From contig CM060734.1 of the NCBI GenBank assembly GCA_030704615.1, positions 36,952,001 through 37,016,000 on the forward strand: a stretch of DNA of 64,000 nt, in the 5' to 3' direction. This DNA comes from Takakia lepidozioides. Its lineage: Eukaryota > Plantae > Bryophyta. Under the pieces are notes generated by a model. The model was not told the origin of the DNA, ran no database searches, and worked only from the letters and a program-made list of their open reading frames with translations. This document shows, piece by piece, positions 26,347 through 40,300 of this stretch (positions are counted from its first letter, which is position 1; each line of letters starts with the position of its first letter). The position numbers and the translations under genes were made by a program.

Positions 26347-29300
26347 GTGTAGCATGTTTGAAAGTGGTCAAGAGTAGTATGCGGATAGATATATGACATC
26401 TATGTGTTCAACCATTTGGTGTTGTTTGGTCATTTCAGTCAATGCATGCATATGGAGATCACTACCGAGTATAGGAAGGAGATCGTGGGAATGATCATTT
26501 TGTCATGTTTGATTTGGGGATTGCATAAATATTTCAACATGCGCTTGATGGAAATTCCGTGATGGATAATTTTCAATACGTTGTCATACTAGAAACTCTC
26601 CAACTACGGTCATTTACGGCCAATAGTGTTTCTATGTGCATGGGTCCAAACAAGCATGACAAGGCAAAATTCCACAATGAGGAGGGACGATAATAGTTTT
26701 TTTTATCGCTTGAGTTCAACTACATCCTACTGTCATTGGAACAATCTTTCACATGATTTCCATCACAAGTCGAACAGATATCCTTTCCGATGAAAAGAAT
26801 GCTTATAATTGGAAGGTTGTGCTCCATAAAGATCCACAATCTAAACGAACCTTCCATGATGTCACAACATTGTCACTCAGTGAGCATGATTCTTCCGCGA
26901 ATGATGGTTACCCGTGACCAATTGAAGGCTATAAATCATAGGTATCTCCAATCACTCTTAGCAAAAAAAAAATCTTGTCATATTCCAACGTTTGCAACTA
27001 CATCTTTTAGGGGGTCATAACAAATAACATGACATCACACAAGGTGAGAAAGCATAAATGTTCATATTCATATAACCAAACAAAACATGTTGTGCATGTT
27101 GTTCTAATGGTTATATTGGGTTGTGTCATGCCCGCGGTACCTAGCCACACCTACATAGATAAAACACACACCCCACTATCCACAGCATACATGTCTGAAT
27201 CATTCGCCATAACCAAGCTCTATGGCACCTCTACAAACTACTATCTAATCAACATCACGAAATCCACTCATTTACACTTATCAATGTCAGTACATATAAA
27301 GCATGCCCACCGGACTGTATTGTCCCACCTTGGCTACTTTGAGCTATCCCTTGCTCCTGTACACTACTCCCCTACACGTGCCATGTGCACCTATATCTGC
27401 CCAAATATCTTACTGGTAAAAAGACTCCCCATCACTCAATCCACACACACAACCTCACCTCACTACAACATTCCAATTACAAACTGCCTACCAATAAAAA
27501 CGCTAATTGCTTCAAAGACATCCACCTCACCGTCTTAAGATCGCTCACGGCCATCCATAACCGACAGAAGGAAACTTGAGAACCATCAATACCCCTACTG
27601 ACTGCACATCTATACCTTGTACTGGTCATAGAACCCACCTCCAACGAGGGGCAATAGCCATTTAGGTGAAGTGGCTCTTAGTTATACAAGTTTTGGCTGG
27701 AGTGTTCTCTATAAATTGGCTAGAGTATATTGGCGTAACACGTCTTAATGCTATATAATGGAGGTCTTGGACTCAAACTGGATTGCAAAGTGCGCGACTT
27801 GATGACCTAGTCCAAGAGACTCATAGAATATTCGACGACGCTTTGGAAGTTGCAAAATAACTCAAGATTAAGAAGGAATATATATATGACACTTGGGGAG
27901 AAATCATATTCCTGGAGGGTTGTATAATGTACCTCGAATAGATGTTTTGGGTTGCATTTTGTAATCTTTTATGGAGTTGTTGGATCTGCTAAACAGCTTA
28001 ACCCCTAAACACCCATCAAACTCGTTTTGGGCTTTAATTTTGGGTTTAAATTTTTTTGAATAACTTTTTAGTTTCTCCATGGAATTGTGTGGACAAAAAA
28101 TATAGTGTTCCTGGGCACTTGGCACACCATGTTTTGGCCAGGATTCATTGCCCGATTGCCTTTGATCTACGTTAGGATTTAGAAATTAGGCTCGAGCAGG
28201 TGGGGGTGAGCTTCAGCCGCCCCGCGGGAGCACCATCGCATTTTGTGAACGTTTTCCTCGATTTCCCCTCCGTGTTCTCGATTTCCCCTGTGTGTTTTGC
28301 ATTCCTTGTAGCCTCTCATTGTCTCTCGCGCGCTTTTGCTTTACGTGGTATGTAACTGGTGCAGGTACAACCATTGGTGGTTTTTGCAGGTTCTCGTTGT
28401 CGTGACAACCGTATTCTCACTTGTCTTATGCTTTCTTTCCACTATCAATCTTTGCTTATCACCTTTGCATTCAAGGCATTTTGTGCTGGAGACTGAGATA
28501 GAGAGGGCAGTAGGAGAGTTCTTCATTTCTTGGCAGCGGTGTGTTAGAGTTGCGAAATCGTCTAATTGTGAAATGTGGAGCGATGGTGCTCCTCCCCCTG
28601 CACCTAGACATTTGGGAGTCGAGGCTGCTGCCATGCGGCCTGGGCAGTAGGGCTTGGTGCAAGCTAGGATCTAATTGTAAAATTGCAAGGGTGCTTGAAT
28701 GACTTGAGTAGAATTTGTTGTGCGTGAAGCGTCATGCTCGGGTGAGATGGCCCTCTTTCCCTACGCCGTCTAACTTTGTTATCTTTGGCATCGACATGCT
28801 GACATGCTGCCGAGATCCTATTAAGGTGGGTTGAAAGGAAGGAGGAAGGAGATCCGACGGATTTTCCAGTGAGATCAACAATGTGCTTCGAGTTTCTGTG
28901 TGACCTGATTTTCAACCTAGCTGCTCTAGTCACAATGAGGCTGAAGAGTCTTGCAATGTTGCAAGGTAAGCAACCTACCATGCACGTACCTGCATTGATT
29001 TGGGAGACTTGGGGGATTTGGATACTGATTCACCTGACGTGGTTTCTTACTCTCTTTGTAGTTCTCAATATATATGTCACAAGGAATGTGGCTGGTCACA
29101 GCCAAAGTCTGGATGATTTGAGGGTCTTGGGATCCACAGTGATAAGTGTTAGTCAAAGATTTGCACTTGGAAGAAGTGCATAGAACCTCTAATATGTCTG
29201 AATGTGTATATGGCACTGTTATGGAATCCACTTGGGACATCGTGGCAACATGTGAAAGTTATCTTGTATCTTTTTTTGGTGGCTTCGGTGTGCATTATGT

Positions 29301-29599
29301 TTTAACATCAGTAGTAGAGATTGTATACCTGGAAGAATATGCCATGTCTTGCACCATAAAAGAAATGATAGGGCTCGGACCTGGGGCTGAATTCAGGGAT
29401 AATGAATTACGGGGCAGTGAGAGCAAAAATACGATGGCTATGACCTTGTAGAGGATGCTATAGCCAATCCACATCATGCTGAAAAATCCTGATATGTGGG
29501 ACTATTGTGAGGATACGGGCGAATGTTCGATATGAGCTTGGCTTGCAGTATGACTTACCTAAAAGGTGGGAAGACTGGCCTCCTGCTCTAATATTCAGA

Positions 29600-30910
29600 G
29601 ATGATATGTGGAATTGAAAAACCACTGAATTGTTGGAGGTAATCTTTGTTGGTCCCGTCCTTGGACCAAACCATCTTTGTTGGTCCCGTCTTGGACCAAC
29701 CATTCGTTGCCTGATACTTCAGCTCTTGTTGATTTCTTCAATTTGTTGTGGCCTTTGAATGTCATGCGACGGGTGGTGATCATGACTAACATTTATGCGA
29801 GGACCCTCAACAATAGGGGCACACTAAAGGGAGGTAAGTGGTGGTATCCCCTAGTTGTGAAGGAGTTGTGGGCTTGGTTGGGGGTGCAGATAGTAATGGG
29901 AATAAAAAAGTTGCCTAATACTAGGTTGTACTGGAAGGTTGGTGATGAATTCTTCAAGTGCCCTAGCATAATGAAGATTATGAATAGAAATAGGTGGGAG
30001 TCAATTCTTCGCCGCCTGCACCTTGTGGACAACCGGCTTATATGCTATGACAGTGCTGATCCTACGTTTGCTAAGCTTGCTAAAAGTATGTGGTTGTTAG
30101 ATTCACAGAATGAGCTATATGCCAAGTACATGATCCCCGAGCAGAATCCTACCATTGACGATACGATGGTCTGCAAGTACAAATGTAAGTCTTCTTCCAT
30201 ACAATAGTATATGTCCAAAAAACCTGTCAAGTGGGGTATAAAATTTGGAGTCTTTGTTAATGCTGAGCCGAAATATGTGAGTAAGATAGAGGTGTACTTG
30301 GGAAAAGATGATGGCAATGATCTCACCCAATGTTCTGGACATTTTGTGGTAACAAGATTGTTGGAATTTGAAGGTAAGGGTCATATTGTGACAATGGATA
30401 ATTTGTTTTCCAGTCTTATATTGTTCTATAATTTGATAGCCAAAAGCATTTACGCCACTGGCAGTGTGAAGACTATCCGCATAGGTTTCCCTTCAGCCTT
30501 GGATTAGGGAAAGGGGGAATGGAATATCATATGCACATTAGCAAGAAGATGTATGTTGTCTCTTGGTTTGATGCCAAATGTGTGAATCTATTGAGTACTG
30601 CTATTTCACATGTGGCAGCCAATTGTTTCATAGAGAAATGGCATAGAGGGGCTTGTTGTCTTGTGCCCACCTCTCATGTTGTGAAGCATTACCAAGAGAT
30701 GATGAATTAAGGGGGTACTATTCAGTTCAGACCCGTGATCATAAATGGTGGCACAGGCTGTACTTTCATAGCGTGGACACCTCCTTGGTGAATAAATATG
30801 TGCTCTATATGAAGTTCATGAAAGCTAGAGGCATGATTCCTTGGTCCCTTTTGTTATTCAACCTGGAGGTAGCAAAAGGTCTAATTGAAGGGTGGGTTGG
30901 TGTAGGGTAA
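29600..30910 (+). pseudogene. piggyBac-type (DDE_Tnp_1_7/PGBD-like) transposase relic
   Basis: FFNLLW...TNIYA, EL.AWLG..I.MG..KLP..RLYW, M.RNRWE.I.R.LHL, TIDDTMV, YM.KKP.KWGIK, IVTMDNLFSS, ATGSV, W.D.K.V.LLST, KWW.RLYF..VD.SLVN.YVLY; stops and frameshifts. Candidate left end TTAA|CCC at 27998-28004. Confidence 0.85.
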
Positions 30911-31817
30911 TGTCGGGGACCCAAAAAATTGTAGACAAGGATGCAAGACAACATCCGATTGGATGGTCATGTCGGAATGAACGAAGAAAGGATGATAAAG
31001 ACATGGAATTCATCTGTTCAAGCAGGGGAGATGAATTATAAGTGACATGCGACTTATTGACCACTGACGGACCTGGGAAGTGATGAATGAAGTAGATGTG
31101 ATGCAGAATGGATGACTGCTCATATAGTTCATACAATATATTTTTAGCTGTTAGCTGGAAGATCTATAGAAGGAGCAGCGCAGCTTAAAACCATGGTCAT
31201 TGTCGTATTTGGCAAGATGAGAGGGGGATAAGACCCGCAGTCCTGCATTATTGACCTCATAAATAATCACATGGGAGAATATGGGGGGTTGGTGTGTATC
31301 GGAGAAACCCGACATGCAAGGGTGACCGCTGAGTAGTATTTCTAAGGGGAAATCAGCAAAGGAAGCTCTTTTAATGGTGGTCACGAGTTAAAGATAGAAG
31401 TGAGACGGGGAGGATCGTAGAGAGTGAGGAGACGAGAGGCTATGCTGAGAGGATGTGGTGTTTTTCACATATATAAAGATGGAGTGCGTATGGAGTATTA
31501 CAAATCAACTAAGCCCTTGAGTCTTTTGCCTCTTAAATTATGTTCATAGTACAGATCACCTCATTTGGCAACCAAGCCGATAAGGCTTTGATGTCTTCTG
31601 CTGGTCAGGTTATCACATGAAGTAAAGAAACTGCATTCTCTACCTCTCGATTTTTTGCATGGGCCCATTTGCCAACTTTGCCACCACAAACTTGGAAGGT
31701 GCTCCACAGGTTATTTTGTACACGCAGGTGAATGCAAGGAATGAGGAAAAAATGCTGGTCCAATCTGTTTTGCCACCCAAAATGGTGGCACGGTTGCTTG
31801 CAAGGACTGGAGCCTTA

Positions 31818-34803
31818 TCAGTATATTACTACAGGCGGAATCGACACATTCACCGGCTCTGTAGTTGAATTTGGCACATCCACACGCTCTAATACTGCGT
31901 TTGGTACCCACCTGCTTCGAGTGCATTTTGCAATCCATACCTCACTATATGCTGCAGCACTGGATCTTAGGGAAGCTTCACGTCTTGTGGCTATGGCTTC
32001 CTCGCCTCGCAATGTATCAAATTCTGACTCGTTTATAAAATTCTCTTTGTTTCTACAGTTGTGTGTGATTATCCTGTACCAGTGCTAAAACGTTTGAACT
32101 AGTGGACTTTTCTTATTTTTGCCACCAGAGTGTTGTGTGTGCAGCCTTTGATAGGTAGTCTTCGCAACGTGATGCGAGTTCTTCATATCCTGGTAGGACC
32201 ACACTGTCAGGCTTCCATATTGATCTACAAAGTACGGAGCATGTCGAACAAGCACGTGCTGCCAAAGACACAAATTTTGTTAGTTGTGAGGTCACAAACA
32301 ACCAAATCGATTTCACCAAAATTCACATAAATTGAAATGACGGGATCCAGAGTTCACTTGCCATATAATGTGTAACATGATGCTCTCCAAAACATTTGAC
32401 GTAGAGTCGGCCCCATTGAACATTCCACCTTCTCTCTGAAATCTACAGCAGATTGATCGACACCAAATCTGAGACCATTGAAATAGGGCCGCAGTCGATC
32501 CAAGGCATGCCATTGCTCCAACCTCTCTTTTCGTGCTGCTCCATTATTCATTCTGTTCTTTTCTGCAGTCACGACATCCACATATAACTTTCGAGGCTCT
32601 GTGGCAACAAGATTGTCCTTGAAAAGCAACCTTGAAGTGACGGGAATTGAGGATGGAAAAAATGGGTACAGGGGTGTTGTCAGACCAAGGAAGGATGTGC
32701 AGGCTGAATTGGCGCCGAACGGCGGTCATGCAAAACGTTTGAGGCGTTTAGCAAAAGCTATTATTGCCTCAGCTACTGCAAGAGAAATTCAAAGTGCAAA
32801 TGCAACCCAAGGAACGAGAAAATCGCTTGTGTGGAAGTAAAGAGACACAAGTGCAGACTGCAAAGGTGTCCACCTCTATGTTGTCCCAGACAGAAGTTAA
32901 GTCAATGTGCAAATCAGCGAAGTTGAGCAAAGTTGGCGTGCATATGACCAACTACTACTTGGATAAAATTGGGGAGAAAGTAGGAGCAGATGAAATTCTA
33001 GAAACTTACGATCGGCAAGGTATAACGCACGATGGATATGGAGCTATCTATAAAAAAATCAAAGTGGCTGCCAAAGCCGCTGGTCGGGGCCTTCGCATCG
33101 GTTGCTTGCCGAATCCTCATAGGGTGTCATTGCTTCGGAAAGCATTGAATCTCAAGTTACGTGAGTATGTCAGTGAATACTACTACATCAAACAATAGCC
33201 TTGAGATTCCAGCCACTGCCAAGTCAAAGAGCAAAGAGCCGGTCATAATAGCGCTCAATCAAAATAATTCCATCTTTGTCGATGTGGAACAAGTGCAACG
33301 CATAATGGTCGAGCTTTATGACATCACACCCGCAAGTAACACCTTGATTTTGTAGTCTTGCAAGTGTCGTCAATTGGGTCTTGGCTGATTTCTGGCTGAT
33401 TGCCATATTGGATTTTGGGCATTGAGGATTTGGCTGTGTTTGGTTTCAGAATTGCAGGGACACCCTCTCATTTTTGTCATCAAGCTAGATGAAACTGAAA
33501 TTGTGCACGCTCAAATGGACAGAGTGTCTCTAACACTGATGAACCAGGCTTTGGACACTCCGATTGAGCCAAATAGTGAACAATTCTTCTCAAAACAGTC
33601 AGAGAGGGAGATTTGGCCCATCGCTTCATTCCAAGTGGTACGCGAAACCTATGAAACATTGAGTTGGGTCTTCTCGCAGACTAAAATTCCTGCATTGATT
33701 CAAGCATAGGAGCAATGACGGCCAATGGATGTCCTTGGTATTGGATCCTTTCAGGTGGAATGGCAACCAGGAACGCACGAAGCCTATAGTGGGCACCATT
33801 GCACAAGCCCAAGAAGCCATAAAGAAACGAACCAACTACACTTGGCCAAATGAAGGGTTGTTTTCAATGAAAGTGGCAGCGCAACCACTCACAGGGGTTG
33901 TGACTTTAGGACGTTGGAAGCCCATTTTTCCCATACCACTAGACAGAGTCCACCCTTCATGCTTTCAACCGAGTGATTGAAAAGATTGTTCACTTGCATT
34001 TCATCCATATTTGGACAATTCGTGACAAGGCTCTCCAAAAATTGGCCGTTGATGAGATGCAGAAGTTATTGTCACTCACTGGTGCCCATGGCGGGAATGT
34101 TCAAATTTTTAAGGACGAAGATTTGTCTGGGAGGGAAAACAATGTCCTAAACAAACCCTCTTTTAGTGGAGCCCATGCATTGTCTGCGTAGCTCAGAGCA
34201 AATCGAATCTAATTTCTTTTTGTACTCTTCCTTGAATGATTCTATCTCTATCCAAAATTCTATCTCCATTTGATCGCGCTCATCGGTCCAGCTCAGTACA
34301 TCAGCGTTCAGGCGGCCTAAACGCTCCTCATAAGATGCCTTCATGCTGTGATATTGCTCTTTTAAAGCTGATACCTCCGCTTTCAATGATTCACTTGCTA
34401 ACATAATCTGACCATTTTCTTCCTCTACTCTTTGTCTACGAGACGCTTCTATATTGCTGAATTGTAAGAGTCTGTCTCTCTCCTCAGCTGAATCTTGCAA
34501 ACTCTTGACCAGCTCACGCAACGACAATATCTCTTTCTAAGCCTCAACCAAATTTAATTGATCAATACTTCTATGACATGCAACAAGATTTTCAGAGTAA
34601 CCCAATAGGCCGCTCTTGCCATCCCCAATAAATTCCAGAAACTCACTCACTGTCCGAAATTGTGGATGTTTGCCATCGACAGGGTTGTGTGGATACAAAG
34701 ATCCGTCCACCCACAAATCAATATTACTTGCCCCTGCTTCTCGTCTCTGAGAGAATTCTGATTTTGGAGTTTGCTCATGAAGCATGCGATTCCTGATTAC
34801 CAA
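31818..34803 (-). pseudogene. RAG1/Transib-like DDE transposase relic with its central part (about 32631-34182) inverted to the + strand
   Basis: FVIKLDETE, QSEREIWPIASFQVVRETYETL, LHAFNRVIEKIV and HVLVRHAPYFVDQYGSLTVWSYQDMKNSHH parallel the RAG1 core motifs (ESCDG; [53 protein letters not shown]). Reversing the block joins ...ELRR to LEVTG... in frame. Confidence 0.65.
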
Positions 34804-35939
34804 TGGTGCATATTTCCCAGCTATGGTTGCTGATAACTTCCCCTCTCATTAGCCATCTCTGAACACACTCTACCAGGTTTGTCGCTACGCAGCTACATGA
34901 CTCATAAACCATGGCTCACAGAACGACAGTTGAACACAGTTGGCACGTGAATTGCAGATGGGGCCGGATCCAAGATGGGGACGAGCGGGAATCACTACAA
35001 CAGATGAGCGTATTTATGACTGCACATATGACTATATTTTCAGTCTTATATGCGTTCATGACTACATCACTATGTAGTGAAAAAAGCCCTGTCATAGCGA
35101 CCATCTTTTATGACTGCGTTGTGCAAGTCATAGCCGTGACTGCTTGCATGGCATCTGGAGTCGTGCTGCAGAGAGCGATGTAGTCACAACTATATAACTT
35201 ATATATGACTAATTATATGACTACATGTTTACAAAGTATATGACTCCATGGAGAGGCGTCAGAGGGACACATGTAGCACTCCGGATGTGACACATGTCCA
35301 CATGGACAACATATATGACCTACGCGTGGGAAAGAATATCGTATCATATAATGCCACATGTAGTGATGTAGTCACGAGTATCTAACTTCATGACTACATT
35401 ATATGACTACGTGTTCACAGGTATGACTGACACATGTCATAAAGATGTTTTTTAATAATGTTTTTAATTTAATAAATCAAATTATATAATTACAACATTT
35501 AGATTATTAATTGACTTTAATTCTTCATTATGTTTAAGCCATTGTTGTCCATTCTTTTTATTTTTATTTTTATTTATGTTTTTGTTAACAAAGAGGGACA
35601 GTGGCCTCCAGAACTTTATAGATAATGGACATAAAATGTCCTTGGATACAAAGAGGAAAAAATAACCTCTGGATAGAGTGCCATAGAGGCTGAAAGAGGA
35701 AGACATGGCTTCGCGAACCAAGACAAGAAAGAGTAGTAAGAAGGAAGGCAAGCAAAGAAGGGGGTCTGCATAGAGCCAAAGAGTCTAGCAAGAAAAGAGA
35801 CTGCAGCCAGAAACTACAACCATAACATGGAAACAGAAAGGCACCGAGCTGAGAAGAAGAACTGAAAATCAGCTAAGAAAGTTGGGCCCTAGCCTTCCAC
35901 TTTCTAAGAGATCTACTGATGGAGAGACATCCCTGCAGG

Positions 35940-36672
35940 GGTCGTGCGCTTCAGCCCAAAACCAACCAATTGACCATCTACCCACAGGTTTCTTGTAGCT
36001 ATCCTTCTACATGGAATCATAGATAATCTGGAGCTCAATGAAATCCGGCCCTCTTGGATGAATCTGGACCCACACTCTATCCCTGCTCCTTCAGCTATCC
36101 ATGCCTCTGCACAAAATCATGCATACATCCTTGCCTTGCTGCTAGCAGCTGACAATGACAGCCTAGAATTGTTCCAGCAAACACCCCAACCCTACTTATC
36201 ACCCTAGTTCCAATGCTGACTTGCATCTGCTTCCAATAGACATTCACCTTTTGCCTCGATTGTTCCACCATTGACTGGGGTCGGAAACGTATTCATTCCA
36301 AAGCTTCTCCGCGTCTCTGTTATCTATTTTTTGATACTTTCATGTCGACCACATTGGCAGTAATATGTCAAAAGCACTCCAAAACCACCATAGATCCACC
36401 AATGAGCTAATTTGCATAATTCAACATAAAAATGTAGGGACGACTCTGATAGCAGGGGAAAACAGGTGAAATATGTTGAAGAAGCTAGTACCTTCATTAG
36501 CAGTGCCTTGTTCTATCAATTGTGCTGCTGCCGCTGCTATTTCCAGTTGACCATCTACCCACTTGTAGCCGTTGTGCTATTGAAGAAGGTGCCTTCATTA
36601 CCAGTGCTTGATTTTATCAATTGTGCCGCTGCTGCGGCGGATTCCAGTTGACCATCTACCCATGCAGGTTTC
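35940..36672 (-). pseudogene. OSB/PTAC9-type PDF-motif gene fragments (continuation of the copies at 51898-52549)
   Basis: KLWNEY.SDPSQWW.NRGK | intron | IHPRGPDF; the nucleotide sequence is the reverse complement of the units at about 51710-52030 and 52200-52549. Confidence 0.7.
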
Positions 36673-37322
36673 AACGACGCAATGGCGTGAGCGTTGCGCG
36701 TGAGCGCGCGAGCGTACGCTCACGCAGGAGTGACGTGGCGTGAGCGTACGCTCACGCCAGCTGACGTGGCGTGAGCCTGCACACATGCTGACGTGGCGTG
36801 AGCGTCATGTCAGCATGCCGATGTGGCGGTAAATGATGACATGACACTGTCCGTCATCTGCCACGTCAGCATTAACATGCGCCGCCTATAACCGTGGATG
36901 GTCCTATGACCGTGGAATTAATGCAGGGAATCTTGCCTAAATAGAATCAAGACGAGCGTTGAGGCCTACAATTGCAGCATCCAACATTGTGCAATTACAA
37001 ATGCTTGTTTCACTTTTACAATTACGAGGACGACAAAATATCCTCACAAAGTGTGCGCCATAAAGGCTGCCACGGGAAGACCTTCCTCCCTCCTCAAATA
37101 ACAATGAGAGTTAGGATCATCTTCAAAAGATGATTGTAGTGCATAGCGACAGCAAGACATGTAGACTTCGAACGGTGCAATGACAAATGTGCACTACCTA
37201 AAAGTTGTCACTCAGAGCTCACTCCGTATAGTTGGAGGCCATATCATTGCACAGCCGACGAATTGATGTGAATTACACATTTCAAATCATGGTCATCCAC
37301 ATACCACATTACATAGTTCATG

Positions 37323-40300
37323 CTACCCATGTGTTGTATCCCGCTGCAAAAGAGTATCGACCTCGTTGAAACTCATAGTGGCCTGGTGAATGAAGTTGTC
37401 ACGTTTGGGATCGCAAACCATCCTCCTCAAAAATATGAAATACAAATGTTTGCAGGGTATGAATTTACCTCTCTTGCCCAAACTGGTTGATAGCATATTC
37501 ACAAAATCAGGACATGTGCAATGGGGAAATTGGAAACCGTGATGTCGTAGGTCCTGTCATGAACAACAGATGTGGAAGTGATGATTGTGAATACCCGACC
37601 ATATCCTGGATCGGGTACTTCCGTTGTGCTTCCAACACGAGCTTGGAGCATTCTTGCGGACTCCACTTTGCCAAAGTGTTCAGCGGTTGGAGGGAAACGC
37701 CGAACGAGCTTTCCATCTCGTTTGGTTGGCCACAAGTCAGGATTTGCCGGGGGAACCCGGGAGGACGCAGAAGTAGTAGCACATGCATGGAGTTGGGGTT
37801 GTCTCGCAAGGGAAAAACCTGCCTCTTCCAGCATTTCAATCTCCTGAAAGCTGAGATGTGTTCCCACCTTCACGGGCCAAACGGTTGGAGGAGATGGCTT
37901 CATCACTACGGAAGGACGCACAGTTCCATGCACACATCTGGCACAATCATCTGCGCAGAACCAGAACTTGTGGTTCTTGGCTTCTGATTGACCGTATGGA
38001 CGCATCAAGCCCGTGAAAGTCGGAGCAGGAGTTCGGGCACCACCTCTGGATATAGATGAAGTGCACTTCTCGAAATTAGTTGCCCTGATCGCTGTACATT
38101 TCACACGAGACCCTACACTTGTGCATTCTATGTGCCAAACGTGGTCAGGGCATGCGGACTCAAGCACATCAAAGGGGTTGTTTCTCTCCTGCACCATTTC
38201 AGTGGCACTGTTTGATGCTGGAGCTTGCCGTCGTGTTGGAGGTTCCTCCACAATGGAGGTTCCGGACATGGAGCTGTCATGCAGGGGAACACGAGGCTTC
38301 GAGAAGTTATCACGGTCTGCCCTGTGGGAATCTGAATCCGAACCAGGTGGAGTGTTCAATTTCCTCTTACAGGAGCCGAATCTCTCCTCCCCTTCAAGAT
38401 GTGGAACTCTAGAAACAAGTGGCGTTCCATGGGCATACATGCTCACCGCCCGTGCTATCTTGATTGGATCCCCAAATCTGTTTGCAGCACGCAACATCAA
38501 CTCCCATTTGTCCGGACCCTTGCCACCAACCCCACCTCGTAAGAAATCACGGTATCGGGTTTGTTGTTGCAAGGCACGTATCAAATCATCTGTTGTTGCT
38601 ACATACAAATCCCGACCTCGTTTCCCAGAGTGCTGCAACCATGCGTTGTGCACAGTTTCTGTCAAATTGCAAGATGACATGTCCGCCATTTCCTCAATGG
38701 ACATGTTCTGCAAAGAGGATAACCACACTTCAGAACAGTGCACAGGAAACAACATAAAGAAAGCAATGAGTCAAAAATATGGAAAGCAAATGTATGAATA
38801 AAGCATGAAATAGAAGCCTCGTACCATTGTCATGGCTGCTCCCCACTGTCTATACCGGAAGTGCCAAAACGCCAGCCAATCTTCCAATGCTCTCATACTC
38901 TCAAGTGATGCAGCTCCAGAAGAGAACCACCAGGCACGAATTGTCTGGAACAAAGTGTCCGCCTCCTTCATTGTTCTAGCATCTTTGTACTCTTTGCACA
39001 ATTTACGGTGTTGAGTCTGCATCTCTAGTTTGATGTCCGACTTTGTATGTTTTTCCAGAGATTGTGTCCAATGGAATAGACATGTACGCTCTCTTCCTGG
39101 CATAGGCACTTTTGGGTCGCCCGATCCGAAGACAATACGAACAGCATTGAAATTTGCTTGAGCACTATCCGCCATGAAACCTGCGAAATTTGGAGATGGC
39201 AGCCCATGACACGTATCAGGGAATTCCACATGAGCTTTTGGGATTCCGTATCCTCGGATTACATGTCATAAACTGCAATTGTCATAACTCGTTGGTACAC
39301 TGGATCGTAGACATGACAAGCCATTGTCATCCAATCCTTCACTCGTTTCACATGATCAAACATAAGAAAACTGTTCTGCAAGTCCCCAGTCTTCTGCATC
39401 CGCTTCACGAGGCTAACCCCACTGCCCTCCCCAACAGTCGACATTTTGAAAAGAAAAACTTTGATGGCACCTTGACCTGGGAATACATTGTCCTGGATGT
39501 AATCGTATTTGCTCACTCGTTTCAATTCCAAAATATTGTTTATGTAGCCTCTGATCCCAGAGCCCATTCTCAATGCATTGATCTGATGCCGAATGTTAGG
39601 TGAACTTAAAGTGGAGAAATGATCCATGACCAGGTCCAATGTTGCACCGTCAACTTTAGTCCCCACAGAATCCCCTTCACTCAAAATATGGCTTTCCAAG
39701 AAGGACTTGCTTGCGCCAAGAGCAATTGCAAATGTTGTTGCGGATGGGTTTCTCCCGAACTCCTGTTTGATCAACCTCGATACTGTCTCAACACTCTCCC
39801 TGTAATCCCCCTTCGAGACAGGATGGTTATGGAATCCGAAATGCACACAAGCTCTCGTCATTGTTTTCAAACGGTGGACAACATAGTACATTCTTGCTCC
39901 GCAAAGCGCCAAGCAGGATGGCACAAGTCTGCAAAATTTGCAGACGAAAGTGTTTGCCGGTGGAGAGGCAGTCCCAGGCTGAAATGGATTTTCCGCCAGA
40001 CCCTCCCATTCGCTTTGATTATGAACCCCAGACTGAAGAAAGTGTCTGCAATTCAAATTATCACACCTAAGGTGTCCATTGCAAACTGTCCTCCTGAAAA
40101 CAAGCTTGTCATCATTCTGAATATTGGATGTTTTTGTTCTGCACCACGGGTGCCCGTCGTGTTTCTTGTCCATTCCATGCATCATGATTGTTACACCTCC
40201 AACTCGCGGAGGAGGAGGCAGCTCGAATAGGATATCGCCATCAAAAGTCTCCGGCAAGAACTTCACAGGCACCTGCTTCAAAGATTCCCAATCAATTCAC

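Noticed and set aside
26400-27600. Possible coding relics (including ORF 27029-27538)
   Set aside because: No motif recognised in any frame; low-complexity composition.
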